Shown here piece after piece: positions 49,091-62,325 of a stretch of DNA of 64,000 nt. Both the position numbers and the translations under genes were made by a program. Source of the DNA: Felis catus (Eukaryota); assembly GCF_018350175.1 (NCBI RefSeq), contig NC_058368.1:176454001-176518000 (forward strand), given 5' to 3'. The notes beneath the pieces are model-generated. The model made no database searches, was not told where the DNA came from, and saw nothing but the letters and a program-made list of their open reading frames with translations. Position 1 is the first letter of the stretch. Each line of letters opens with the position of its first letter.

Positions 49091-50787
49091 TGAAGACTAT
49101 GAAGGTGGAATAATAAAAGGGGAGGCTCCTTTAGATTTTGGTGGTCAAGGAGGCCTCTCTGAGAGGTGGTCAAGACCTGAGAGATAAAACCTACTTGCCC
49201 GTTTGAGAGACAAGCTGGGAAGAGAGTTTCCGGCCAGGAGGGCAACAGAGACTTGAGGTTGGAGGGGGATCTTCATGGACCACTAGATAGAACCAGTGAC
49301 TGGGAGTCAGCTAGACCTGAGTTCAAGTACTGATTCTGCCACTTATTAGCTGTGTGACTCACTGTGGGTAAGTTACCAAACTCTTTATACCTCGGCTTCC
49401 CTATCCGTCATATGGGCCACTAACCACCGACCTTCAAAGGCTCTTCAAGGATTAAATGAAACGTGGATTAACTGAAAGGCAGTCACCTCTGGGCACATCA
49501 GAAAGGCTTGAGAAAGGCTCTTTGTCCTCTTGTGATCTAGCTGGTCGCCATTCTGTCACGCAAGCAGCAGTGCCACTCCCCATGGTGTCCTGGTGAAAGG
49601 AAACAGGGAGAAGTGGACTGTCTTTCCCCATCCTGACAGATACCCTGAGCCTGTGCTCATATCATAGTTCCCTCTGGGGCCATCAGAGCTTTGTTTGGGG
49701 ACAGCCTTTACTTGGAGACCACCAACCCTAGCCTGTCGACTGTGGCGAGGTATGCCTTTTCTGGGCCTCAGTTTCCTCATCTATAAGAAGCACCTGAAGA
49801 GACCTTCACGTGTTCTCCTTTCCCATCCAACTGCCAGCTCTAAGCCCCTGTCCTCATCCAAGCCTGGGAATGCTCTGGAACCACTGAGGTTCATTTGGGC
49901 TGGCTCAAGGAGACAGAGGGAAAAGGAAATAGACACTACCTGGGAAGGGGCAGCAAGGGGTCTTGGACCTCTGGAAGACAGAGGTGTGATGGAGATGTGA
50001 CTGGTCCCCGTGGGAATGAGTCCCCATACAATCTCCTGCCAAGTATCACATTCTCCCAGCCCCCTTTTCTCCAACTCCGGGTAATCCTTTGCCATGGGCC
50101 ACACGGCAAAGTTCGGGTTTAAAAGCTTCATTAAGGCTGACACCAACAGACCCTTGAAGTTGGCTGCCTCCTTTCTCATTCTTCATATGTATTCCTGTAT
50201 TCATTCATTCAACAGTTATGTAGTACTTACCTTTAGTTTGTAAAACACTCCATATTTACCTCCCCACAGCCCTACTCACTCTCTGGAATTTGTAAACTTG
50301 TCTACACTCCCTTGACCAGACTCACTTTGGCACATAATTCAAGGTCCTCCGAAGATGTGACCACTGCCTTCCTTTCCAGATCTTTTTTTTTTTTTTTTTT
50401 AAATCCCAGCTCCTGTCCTCCACTCACGTTGAGACTTGTAGTTCTCATAACAGGATATGCTCTTTCTTGCTACCCTTACCTCTGCACCTGCTAGGCTTTT
50501 GCTTGAATGCTCAAAATATCTCTTGCTCAAATATCACCAAATCCATAAAGCCTTCTTTGACCTTTAAGACTTTCTCATCTGTCATCGGTATTCTGAAAAC
50601 ATGTAGCTTTCATCCCACTGCTGTGACCAAGGGTCATAATCCAACTGCCCCCTGGGCCAGGTAGGCCGCATAACTGAGAATTGGGCCACTGGGGACTGTG
50701 GTGACATAGGAAGTTCATGCTCTGTACTACAGGGAAGCTGCCAATCAAGGCGGAAACGGAGGCCCCAGTGTTGCCAAACCTTACTGT

Positions 50788-50985
50788 GTTTGTTTTGTTT
50801 TGTTTTGTTTTTTCAGAGAGAGAGAGAATGGGAGTGGGGGGAGGGGCAGAGGGAGGGAGAGACCATCTCAAGCAGGCTCCACGCTCAGTGCAGCCCAATG
50901 CAGGGCTCAGTCCCACAACCCTGGGATCATGACCTGAGCTGAAATCGAGCTGGACGCTCAACCGACTGAGCCACCCAGGCGCCCC
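50788..50985 (-). mobile_element. Can-SINE
   Basis: TSD accttact; head ...gagccacccaggcgcccc. Confidence 0.9.
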
Positions 50986-51662
50986 TGGACCTTACTATTT
51001 GTAGTAAGGAAGCCAGGAATCGGTATTTTAACATAAAATCTTTTTTCAGAAACTTTGTATGGACCAAACAAGACAGCCGCAACCTGGATGCAGCCCACTG
51101 ACTGTGAGTGTATGACCTGCTGCTAGCCAACTTTGTAAACGTCTCAACGTAAGGGTGACTTATGTGACCCTGGGCTCCTGGGTCTCAGCCCAGGGGTTGT
51201 GAACAGCAAGTACTTATATATGCCTTCTGAATAAAAGAGTGACTAATGGTCATTTATCCCCTAAAAAGTGCTGGGTAGATGTTGAAAAAACACCGAGAAA
51301 ATTCTGCGATTTTGTTCCAGGTGCCTGGGGCAAAACTGATAGATAACTAATACCTGTATGGCCTTAGGTGGATCACTTCTCTCAAAGCCTCAGTATTTAC
51401 ATCTCTAGAAAGGGAGCGGGGGAGGTATTTGCTGGGATTGTCCAGATGAAATGACATAATGTGGAGAAAATGTTCTACACAGTACTGGACACACAGCACA
51501 ATAAATGTTAACCATTTTAATGGTTATTATCATGATCATCATCACGCTTTGTTTCCCTCAGATGCCTGGTTATTTTCAAATAAAGTTCGGCCACTGTCTA
51601 TGAAAAACTTAGGAGATCATTTGAGGTTTAGGTGCTGTCATCCTCTTCTCAAGAGGGTTTGC

Positions 51663-51782
51663 TTTTTTTTTTTTTTAAGGTTTTATTTTTTCAGTAATCT
51701 CTACATCCAACATGGCGCTAGAACTTACAAACCCCGAGGTGGAGAGTTGCATGCTCCACGGATTGAGCCAGCGAGGCACCCC
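51663..51782 (-). mobile_element. Short old carnivore SINE (SINEC_old/c-like)
   Basis: agtaatctctacatccaacatgg...gagccagcgaggcacccc; TSD-like tcaagagggttt / tcaatagggttt. Confidence 0.75.
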
Positions 51783-52399
51783 TCAATAGGGTTTACTTTG
51801 CTCCAGGTAGCTAGGGGCCTAGGAATCCCAGACCGTCTTAATGCAACCAGAGATTGAGATGGTTTGAGAGGACCCGAAGCTGGGTTTTAGACCCTGTGAT
51901 AACTTGCTTCATTCTTATTCCAAGGGTTTATCCTTTAGGGGTTTCAACTAGAAGCTTGGGGGATTTACCTGACCGCCCCTGGCCTTGATTACTTTTTGGA
52001 GGGTAATACACAAACAAGCATGGGGTGTTACTGGGTCCCCCCACCTCCACTCGCCTCTGTGTGCCCTGAATTCCATTATTTGCCCCATTAGACTCATGAG
52101 TCTTAAACGCTCTGCTCCAGTTCGTAGGCTTTCAGCCCCCTGTTTCAGAATTGGCAGATACCCACTGGGGAGAAGAGGCCCCAAATACTGTCCTCATCTC
52201 TCTGGTTTTCCTCCTCCAGACTTGATTCCATAATTCTTCACTGTCCTTTTAGTGCTTGAATGTCTTCAAGTATTTAAACTTAAGTATTTAGAAATATTTT
52301 TATCTCACTTTCCCATTCCTCAGCAGTAGGGCAGTTCTGAATTACATGATCTGCCATGACTAGAAGGGAGTTAAACTTTTACAAACCCAGAGTGAAACT

Positions 52400-52980
52400 T
52401 CTAACACATCAGGTCATTTTCGTCCTCTACCCTGAGCTCTCTTATGGTTCCCATCTCACTCAGGCTCAAAGGCCGACTCCTTACAAAGGCTGAAAGAGCT
52501 AATGTGACTTGTCTTGCTGATGTGTCTCTGACCACATCTGCCCTTCTTCCCCAACTCCCGCCCGCCCCCCCCCCCAACTCATCTCCAGCCAAGCTGGCCT
52601 CATTGCTCCTTCTAGCATGGGCAAAATCCACCCTTGCTCCACAGACCCATGCCCTTCCCTCCACCGAGACCGATGTTCCTTCATCTTGGCGGGGCCAGCT
52701 CTGTCACTTTCTTTAGCTCTCGGGTCAAAAGTTATCTCATCAGTGGGCCATTTCCTGACCACCCTGCCCCAACCCTGGCATCCCATACCCCTTTCTTTGC
52801 TTTATTTCTCAACATAGACTTACCACCACCTAATCTTTATTTAGCTGTATATGGTCTATCTCCTTATTAGAATGTAAAGGCTTGAGGGTAGGGGCCTTGT
52901 CTGTCTCATTCACTGTGGGATCTCCTGCTCTTAGAACAGTTCCTGGCAAGTGGTGGGTGCTGAATAAATTTCATGAATAC
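52400..52980 (+). mobile_element. L2 3' fragment
   Basis: ctcccatctcactcag...tagaatgtaaaggcttgagggtagggg...cctggcaagtggtgggtgctgaataaa. Confidence 0.75.
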
Positions 52981-55133
52981 GTGAAAGACCTCTGAAGGCT
53001 CTGGATAATTCCTCCCCTTTCTGGGTGAGTCCTGGGCCCAAACTAGAGGGAAGTGATTCTTCTTTGTTCAGTCAATCTCTTTCCCTTCCACATGAAGCAA
53101 TTTCCCTTGGAGACTTTCCAGTCACACAGAGTGGTGTGCAAATGAAATAAAGTGTATAAAAGCACTTTGAAAGCAGGAAGCAACACGAGAGTCCTGGCTA
53201 TCTAAGACCTATGATCCTGGGGCTCCATTCTTGTGATCAGGGCTGTGATTCTAGAAGGGGTGCTGGTGAGAAAACCTGCTCAGGGACTCCACTCTGATCC
53301 CCATCCTCCCACTGCTTCCTTCCACATCTCCTCCCTCTTGTCTGAAGAATTCCCCATGGCGTGTGCCTCTAATGAAGAGAATGGGGCAGTAGGTGATTCA
53401 TGGGGAAGTCTGTAGGCCTGCTTGGGGCTTATGACTCACAGCTTCTTCTCTAATAGGAGAATTAGATATCCATATAGCATATCCTGGAAATGTCCTTTGG
53501 CAAGGTCTCTAGTGACCATTGGGGATTCTCCCCAAAGAGCTCTCAATAACACCTTCCTGGCACTCACCACGCTGTGTAGATGTATGTCTGTTGCTCCATA
53601 AGTACACATGGAAGGACAAAAAAAGGAGTCAAAAGAGGAGCAGGAGAAAGGGAAGCAGGGGGAAGGGCATCTGCCTCCCTCCCACCCCACCAGACTGAGA
53701 CACTGAGGGTGGGATCATGCGCTTTTCATTTCTGGGTCCCCACCTTCCAGTGCAAGCCTTGGGATATAGTTGGGGAAGTGAATGGTTGTATAAATAAACA
53801 AACACTGGGGGTCTTGAGGGACTTTAGGATATTGCCAGGCCTGACAGAGCCTGAAGTCAGAAGCAGGGAGAGGGTTGTCAGTGGGAGCCTGGTTGTAGTT
53901 CGGCATCCCCTGTGGATGACACTGGAGAGGCTAAGATAGATGGTCCTGGTTGATACAGATGCTCTAGCCCACAGCCCAGTCATGCTAACTCATGCTAGGC
54001 CCCGTGCTGGACGCTGGATCCACAGAAATGGAGAAGCCATGGTCCCTGAACTTGGAGTCTCTTGACAAGTGGCAGAGATGGATGGTTTGTCTGGATTTTA
54101 GGTGGCAAGGTAGGGACAGGGCAAGGGGCAGGGAGATGCAGGGGGCAGGGGAGCAGGAAGAGGGGGAAACAAGGAGGAACAGCTTTCCGCAGGGGGCAAC
54201 CCTTGCGTCCTAGCAGCCAGAAAGGACTTCTGTCTGCAGGGTGATGAGTAGTGGTCTGCAGCCAATTTATTATTCAAAGGATTTTATGGAAGAAAGAAAG
54301 GCCCCTACTTGCCCTAGAAATGATTTCCAAGAGCACTCTTAAGAGTCCCTGCCCTTGTCCCCTTCTTATACATAATGGACCAGAGCCTTGTGCCTCCTAT
54401 GGTGGGAATTTCAAAGTGTGGGCACCACGGTGCCCTGAGTGAAGCCAAGGAAATGACCTCCAAGGAAGAAAGACTGAACAGTATTAGCTTGGACTTTGGC
54501 CCCCGCTTCCTCTCAGTGTGATCGATCATTGGATGAATTGGGCTGTTCTTTCATTGCAGGCAGGGGAAGGGTTGCTACAGGCTTTGCTGGCCACCCTCCC
54601 TCATCACATTATCATCACCACCAACGGCTAACACTGTCTGAGCAGGAGTCAGAGGCTTCAGGCGGGAGCTTTACATTCTAGCCCCAAGTGTAGCATCTCC
54701 TTGCTGTGTGACTCTCAGCAAGTTACATAGCCTCTCTGGTTTTGTAGTCCTAAAACGTGGAGAAGATGAACTGAGAGAGACCCCATGGACCTGAAACCTA
54801 CAGAGTACAGTGTCTCATGAAAGTGAGATAACTTTATTGTGACCGCCTTGTCCCCCCAGCACTGAGTGAGCCATCTGGGCCCACTCTTACCTACTTTGAA
54901 CTTCATGGGGCACAGCTAGCATTGAACCCTGGTTACTCTACTAAGAACGGTTTCCCTAGTGTGAAGGGCCCTGCAGCCTTGGAGACGCAAGACCTGGGGT
55001 CCCATCTGGACGTTGTTCACCCTATTGTAAAGTCTATAAGAGATTGGGGATGACTTTGTTTCTCGTGTCAGACCAGAGCTAGTGCCTAATTTAGCCATGA
55101 CAGCTCAGGGTGGGAGAAGAAAGATAAAGGAAG

Positions 55134-55337
<204 letters not shown>

Positions 55338-55498
55338 AAAATTATTTATTTTGAAAGAGAGAGAGAATCCCAAGCAGGCTCCGTGCTATCAGTGGGCGCA
55401 GAACCTGATGTGGGGCTCGAACACATGAACCGTGAGATCATGACCTGAGCCGAAACCAAGAGCCAGATGCTCAACCTACTGAGCCACCCAGACACCCC
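55338..55498 (-). mobile_element. Can-SINE
   Basis: gagaatcccaagcaggctcc...gagccacccagacacccc. Confidence 0.9.
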
Positions 55499-55889
55499 AG
55501 AAGTCTCTTCTGTCGAGCACCTGCTATGACTATTTGCTTTACATACGTGATTCATTTAATGCTCTTATCTGGCTCTCTGGCAGGGCTTAGCATTATCACC
55601 ATGTCACAAAGAACAGTAACTGAGGCATAGATTAAAGGACTTGCCTGGGGCCACAAGTTGGGCTGAACACAGTGTCTAGTCCAAGGCTCAAGTCTGTCAG
55701 GGTCTTTCCCCTGCACCAGGCAAGACTGGAGTGAGTCCAGCCCTTACTCTGAGGTCCACTATCCTGCTTTAGAATCGGGGAAGGTGGAAAGTGCTAATGA
55801 CGAACTACTAGATGAGGCTTCCCTACCGAGGGATGAGGAGAGGATTATGGAATCTTGGGTTCTCAGAACCTTCAATACATTCACAGGCC

Positions 55890-56732
55890 ATGATTAAACT
55901 ATGTAAGGCATGGATGCCTGGTTGCCCCCAGTTTCTGTTCTTCTTTCTTCCTCAGTAATAGATTTTTAGCCAGGTACCTGTCTTACATTTCCCAGTCTCC
56001 TTTGGAGCCATTTGAATATAAGCCTAGGGTGTATGCAATTTCCAGGGAGCTTTCTTAAAGAGAGGGGAAATACTTTTCTTCCCCCTTTCATCTTTCTTGT
56101 GGTCTGAAACACAGATGCGATGGCTGGAGCTAAGAGCAGCCATTTTGAACCACAAAGCAATGCTGGGCATGATGGCAGAGCAGCAAGATAAAGAAGTCTG
56201 AGTCCCTGAGGATTTGTTGGGGGATCATTCTCCATGGAATTTTTATACTTCTTGTGATACCTTTTGTCTGGAGACTTTTTTTTTTTTTCTTTTTTTCAAG
56301 AACATTTGTATGGCAAATAGCTGGGGGGTTGGCGGGGACAGAGATAGTGTGTCTCCTTCTAGAACAGAGAACAGATGTGTTTCCTGACCAGGATAATAAA
56401 AAACGTCATCATCCAGAGCAAATGTTGGCTAGATTTGCTAGCAGTTTTTCAGAAGATTAGGAGTTTTCTAAACTCAGTATGTCTCAGCTCTGACACACAC
56501 CCACAGTGTGCACACCATCCATCTGGGCCTTCTGTATGGGCTCCATGGAACTTAGGGGACCAGGAGAACCAGTGCAAACATGAACCTCATGCTCCCTGCT
56601 GTGCTGTAATAAAATCCTTTGTCTCTGACCCAGGAGTCTTGTGTCTTCTGTAAGCATCTGTGAAATTACTGTAGGCTCACTTGTTTAGTTTGCAAGTAGG
56701 AAAGAAATCTCAGACTCTTCGTGTTTTTAACA
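55890..56732 (+). mobile_element. MaLR (MLT1-like) remnant (about 55890-56270) followed by an ERV-type LTR (about 56300-56732)
   Basis: MLT-like gatggctggagct...gcagccattttg; LTR-like aataaaatcctttgtctctgacccaggagtcttgtgtcttctg...aaca. Confidence 0.55.
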
Positions 56733-56779
56733 AGGACTTCAAGGAGCAGAGCACTATCATTAGCTCTAGAGGGCTTTTT

Positions 56780-57385
56780 TTTTTTCCTTTCCCTAACTTT
56801 ATTGAGATAAGATTTGTCTCTATAAATGCACTATTTTCAGCTTCAAGTTTCATGAACTTTGACAAGTTTACACAGTTTTCTATACTTTTGACTTTTGACA
56901 GATGTATACAGAATGTATTATGCCTACCAACACATCCAAGATATAGAGTATATCCATCAAAAAAATTCCCTCATGCCTCTTCCCCATCAATCTCTACTCC
57001 CTACCTCAGCCAGCTAGGGATATGCTTTTTGTCACCATAGGTTAAATTTGTGATTTCTAGAGTTTCACATAAATGGAATCATATAGTATTCTTTCTCTTG
57101 TGTCTGGCTTCTTTCAAGTAACATAATTTTATTTTTTTTAATTTTTAAAATTATATTTTGAGAGAGAGAGAATGTGCACAAGTGGGGGAGAGGGGAAAAA
57201 GGAGAGAGGGAGAATCTTAAGCAAGCTCCACACTTGGTGTGGAGTCTGACACCGGGCTAGATCACGAAATGTGAGATCATGACCTGAGCCGAAATCAAGA
57301 GTCAGATGCCCAACCAACTTCGCCACCCAGGCGCTCCTCAAATTGCATAATTTTCAGAGATTAATCTATCTTGTGTGTATCAGTA
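56780..57385 (-). mobile_element. Old L1 3' end, with a Can-SINE (-) at about 57125-57337
   Basis: aactttattgagataa...aaatggaatcatatagtatt...gtctggcttctttca; SINE body. Confidence 0.8.
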
Positions 57386-57454
57386 TTTTTTTTTCTCTCC
57401 TTGGTACCTGTATCTTTACTCAGTTCTTTCTCCTAATCCACAGACACCTGCATT

Positions 57455-58232
57455 AATTTATTTATTTATTTGTCTGGCTTATTTTATTTTATTTTATTTT
57501 TAAATTTACATCCAAGTTAGCATATAGTGCAATAATGATTTCAGGAGTAGAACCCAGTGACTCATCCCTTATATGCAACACCCAGTACTCATCCCAGCAA
57601 GTGTCCTCCTTAATGCCCATCGCCCATTTAGCCCAAACCCCCACCAGCAACCCTCAGTTTCTTCCCTGTATTTAAGGGTCTCTTATGTTTTATTCCCCTC
57701 CGTGTTTTCATATTATTTTTGCTTCCCTTCCTTTATGTTCATCTGTTCTGTGTCTTAAATTCCACATATGGGTGAAGTCATGTGATATCTGTCTTTCTCT
57801 AATTTCACTAAGCACAATGCACTCTAGTTCCATCCATGTTGTTGCAAATGGCAAGATTTCATTCTTTTTGATCACTGAATAATATTCCATTGTATATAGA
57901 TACCACATCTTCTTTATCCATTCGTCAGTCGATGGACATTTGGGCTCCTTCCATACTTGGGCTGTTGTCAATAGCGCTGCTATCAACATTGGGGTGCATG
58001 TGCCCCTTCGAAACGGCACAAAGGATACATCCTTTGGATAAAAACCTAGTAGTGCAATTGTTGGGTCGTAGGGTAGTTCTATTTTTAATTTTTTGAGGAA
58101 CCTCCACACTGTTTTCCAGAGTGGCTGCACCAGTTTGCATTCCCACCAGCAGTGCAAAAGGGTTCCTTTCTCTCGGCATCCTTGCCAATATCTGTTGTTG
58201 CTTGAATTGTTAATTTTAGCCATTCTGGCAGG
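57455..58232 (-). mobile_element. 5'-truncated carnivore L1 (ORF2 C-terminus and 3' UTR)
   Basis: ORF 57708-58244 ([35 protein letters not shown]...) is the L1 ORF2p C-terminus; TSD AGACACCTGCATT at 57442-57454 / 58233-58245. Confidence 0.93.
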
Positions 58233-58429
58233 AGACACCTGCATTTATTATTGTTTCTTGTTTGAAGTAATACACAGTGTTATATTAGTTTCAAGTGTAC
58301 AATGTAATGATGCCATAGTTCTATACCTTACTCAGTACTCATCATGATAAGTGTACTCTTAATCCCCTTAATCTATTTCACCCATCCCCTCCACCCCCCC
58401 ATGTATCAGTAGTTTTGGAAAAGTTTTTT

Positions 58430-59560
58430 AAACAGATTTTATTTTTTAGAGCAGTTTTAAGTTCTCAGAAAAATTGAGTGGAAAGCACAGTGAGTTCCCA
58501 TCTGCCCCTGTCCCCAGACAGGCATAACCCCCCACCCCCACTATCAACACACCACACCAGAGTGGATGTTTGTTACAACCTACACTGACACATTATTATC
58601 ACCCTAAATCCACAGTTCACGTTAGGGGTCGCTCTTGGTGAGGTACATTTGATGGGTTTGGATGGATGTATGATGACATGTGTCCACCATCAGAGTATCA
58701 TACAGAGTAGTTTCACTGCCCTAAAAGTCGTCTGTGCTCTGCCTGTTCATCCCTCCCTCGCCTCCAACCCTTGGAAACCACTGATCTTTTTACTGTCTCC
58801 ATAGTTCCATCTTTTCCAGAATGTCATGAATGATCACCCAGGATGTAGCCTTTTCGGACTGGTTTCTTTCACTTAGTGGTATGCATTTCAGTTTCCTCAA
58901 TGTCTTTTTATGGCTTGATGGCCCATCTTTTTCAGTGCTGAATAATACCAGCACTGTCTGGATGGACCATAGCTTGTCTATCCACTCATCTACTCAAAGA
59001 CATCTTGCTTGCTTCCAAGTGTTGGCAATTATGAATAAATAATTGTACGTATAATCCATAAATAAATATTAGAGATAGCTACGAATAAAGCTGCTATAAA
59101 CATCCACGTGTAGGTTTTCAGCTTCATCGGGTAAAGAACAACAAGCCCGATTACCGGATTTTATTGTGAGAGAATGTTTAGTTTTGTGAGAGACGGCGAG
59201 CTATCTTCCAAAGTGGCAGTACCGTCTTGTGTTCCCCCAGCAGTGAATGAGAGTTCCTCTTTCTTCCATCCTCATGAGCGTTTGGTGTCGTGTTTGGGAT
59301 TTTGGCCATTCTAATAGGCACGTAGTTGGTATCTCGTTTTTACTTGTGATTCTCTAATGACATATTTGCCATCTTTATATCTTCTTTGGTGAGGTGTCCG
59401 TTCAGATCTTTGGGCATCTAAAAAAATCAGGCAGTCTGTTTTCTTAGTGTGGAATCTTAAGGGTTTTTTTTTCCATAACAGTATTTATCACATGCGTCTT
59501 TTGCAAATATCTTCTCCCAGACTTTGGCTTGCCTCCTCTTCCTGTTGAATCTGGTGAGCT
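58430..59560 (-). mobile_element. L1MA/MB-type LINE 3' portion
   Basis: tttttagagcagttttaagttctcagaaaaattgagtggaaag... through ORF2-end motifs. Confidence 0.85.
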
Positions 59561-59764
59561 TTCATTTGTGTGTGAGAAAATTGTATTTCTGTCTTCCCAT
59601 GTTGTTCGCGCCACTGTAATGCCGGGCATTTCTTGCACCCAAAACTAATTCTAACCAATACATGAAGTTGTACTTCTGCTTAGAACCTTCTCGTAGCTTC
59701 CCATCATACCCAGAATGCAGCCCAGCTCCTTCTGTGGCCTCCATGGGCCCGGTTAGTCTGGTCC

Positions 59765-59990
59765 TTGGCTGAGTGGTTTAGAGCAAGGCCTTTGGAACTG
59801 GGGTTCATGTTCTGGTGGTGCTGTTTCTCATCTGTGACCTTGGGGAAGTTATTTAACTCCTTGGCACTTCAGGTTCCTCATCTATACAATGCATTAATAA
59901 TAGGCCTACCATATGGAGGTGTTGTGGGGCTAAAACTGCAGCAGCCACAGTGTTTGGCACATGGCAGGTGCTCAATACATATTGCTACTG
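59765..59990 (+). mobile_element. MIR
   Basis: ctgtgaccttggggaagttatttaac...ttcctcatctatacaatg...tggcacatggcaggtgctcaatac. Confidence 0.8.
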
Positions 59991-60142
59991 GCCTAGAGCC
60001 TCTTCCCCACCCCCCCGCCCCCACCTGACCACTGCAATGAACCGCATTGATTTTCTCTTATTTACTTTAATAACTGAGCTTGTTCCCACTGTGGAGCATT
60101 TGCATTTTCCCTCTGCCTGAAACTCCAACCTCCACACCCAAC

Positions 60143-60145
60143 AAA

Positions 60146-60188
<43 letters not shown>

Positions 60189-60290
60189 CAGGTGCATATG
60201 CTCACGCACTCACACCCACACATTCACGAACACTTCCAAACACGTGCAGCACGCACATAAACACACACAGTCAAACACAGATGCGTATCC
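60143..60290. repeat. (CA)n-rich microsatellite
   Basis: Seen directly in the sequence. Confidence 0.85.
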
Positions 60291-61993
60291 AGGGTCATCC
60301 ACCTATGCTGGCGAGCACACTCCTCCCCACGCAGGCTCACATTCACAGGCACGCGCGCGGCCGCGCATACTCCTCTGTGAGGCTGGCTTCCTCCCCTCCT
60401 CCAGAGCTCTTGCCTGAACACCTTTTCTAGCACAGCCCCTCCCTCCACTTGTTTCTCCACTTGGCACCTTGCTCGTTGACTTCATGGCCACTTTCCACCA
60501 TGGTTGCCCCCACGCAGCCAACATTCATTAAGCAACAAGAGGCACCGGGCGCGGTCCTTGCTTCTGTTCCAGGGTAACAGTGGTTTACTGTTGCACCCCA
60601 TCTGGACTGTAAGCATCTTTTGGGCAGGGGCCCTATCGGTCTTATTGACAGTTGGAGCCCCAGCCCTAGCACAGATCTGGAACATAGTAGGTGCTCAAAA
60701 AAGATTTGGGGGAATGAATGAGTGAGGGGGCCCGGCTGTGCCTTGACTCCCTTCTTGGATGCTCAGGTTTTGTCAAAGTTCGGTGGGCAGTTCTTTCTCT
60801 GCATTTCCACAGGGACAGGGATGTGGCCTCCAGTCCTCCTTCTGCTTCCATTTCCCTCACAGAAATGGAAGGCAGGCAGGCTTCGGGCAGCAGCAGAGAG
60901 AGAGCCCAGGCAATGTGGTAGTGACCCCAGGCATACTGGCCTCTCAGGCCTGGGCCCTCTCACTGTGCACAGCACTTTCTGCCTTGCTCCCACCTTAGAC
61001 CAGAGCTGTGAGGCTCAGGCCGGGAGGCTGGGCAGGAATCTGGAGCCCCCACAGATGCTCCCCAGGCGTCCTCCTTCTCTGTTGCCTTTGGGTTCTCGCT
61101 GACTCGATGGGAAACGGGTAGAGGTCAGATATCAAATCTTGGGAATGGAAAGTAGTTTGGAAATAGTTTGCAAATGCATATTCAAACTTTTTTTTTTTAA
61201 ATCCTGTGTACCACCAACAAAAAGCGAGTTTGACAAACATCCTCTTGGGGGTAGGGTAGGGTAGGGGTGGGGGAGAAATCGAAGCAAAGGTGTTAAAGAT
61301 TTGGAAATCCTGCCTGAAGAATGGAGAGACATCTGCCTAGCGAAAATGAGAGGCTCGGTGTGAGTGTGTGCGTGGCTGCTTAGTGTGTGTGCAGGTGCAG
61401 GTAGACACAGAAGGAACAGCTGGGTGTCCCTGCTTGTGTGAGCACTGCTGAGGCCCTTGTGGGCTTGTTCAGGTGTGAACACGTGTGATGTCTTTTCTGG
61501 ATGGAGGGGAAGGACGTGACACGGGAGGAAGGGGCATCTCTGAGTGGCAGGGCAGGGTGGTCCCGGCCCAACAGCTGGCCTAAGCAGAAGCCAGCCTTTT
61601 CCGTGTCCTTGGTCAGCCAGACCAGCAGAGCGCATGGTCATTTAAGGCGCTGGCTGGCGCAGGCAGCTCATAGGGTGTCGGGCCACCCTGGGCCAAAATG
61701 GGGCAGGCCTTCCAGGGGGGGGCCCTAGGAGCTATTTTTAGTGGGCTGGGCTAACTCCCAAATCCTGCTGACTATTTCTGGCAGCAGAAGATTGCCCCGA
61801 AGGATGTGGAAAATTTTCATGTTAAGAATGTCTGGTTTCCCTTTGGCTATGCCAGGGCAGAGCGGGGAGACCAGAACAAAGGGCTTGAGGCCTGAGGGCT
61901 TCTGGGAAAATTCACCAGCACTGAGAGCATGAAATGGCCTTATTCCTGCCCTTTGGAACGTGTCGTGGACTTTTAAAAACACCAGAGTCGTTA

Positions 61994-62101
61994 TGGGTGA
62001 CCATCCATCCCGGTTTGCCTGGGATGTCCCAGTTTTAGCACCAAGAGGGCATATCTGAGACACCCTTCAGACCCAGGTAAACTGGGACCGTTGGTCAGCC
62101 A
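61994..62101. mobile_element. MER81-like hAT-Blackjack MITE
   Basis: About 108 bp with long TIRs gggtgaccatccatcccggtttgcctggga ... cccaggtaaactgggaccgttggtcagcc. Confidence 0.8.
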
Positions 62102-62169
62102 AGATCCATTTTAACCCCTTTACGTTCCAGAAGTGAAATTAGTAAGAACTGAACGACATGCATCATCTT

Positions 62170-62325
62170 CCAGACTGTCGACAATCATCCCGTGCACTCG
62201 GTACTATCGTCTCCGTATTACACACTAGGAAACTGAGGCACAGAGAGGTGGAGCAACTTAACCTATTGCAGGACAGCGAGCTAGCTGCGTAGTGGAGCCA
62301 GGATTTAAATTCTGCTGTTTTGGGG
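62170..62325 (-). mobile_element. MIR
   Basis: ggaaactgaggcacagagagg...ggagccaggatttaaattc. Confidence 0.7.

Noticed and set aside
57708..58244. 178-aa ORF as an independent gene
   Set aside because: C-terminal fragment of L1 ORF2p in a 5'-truncated element with a TSD.
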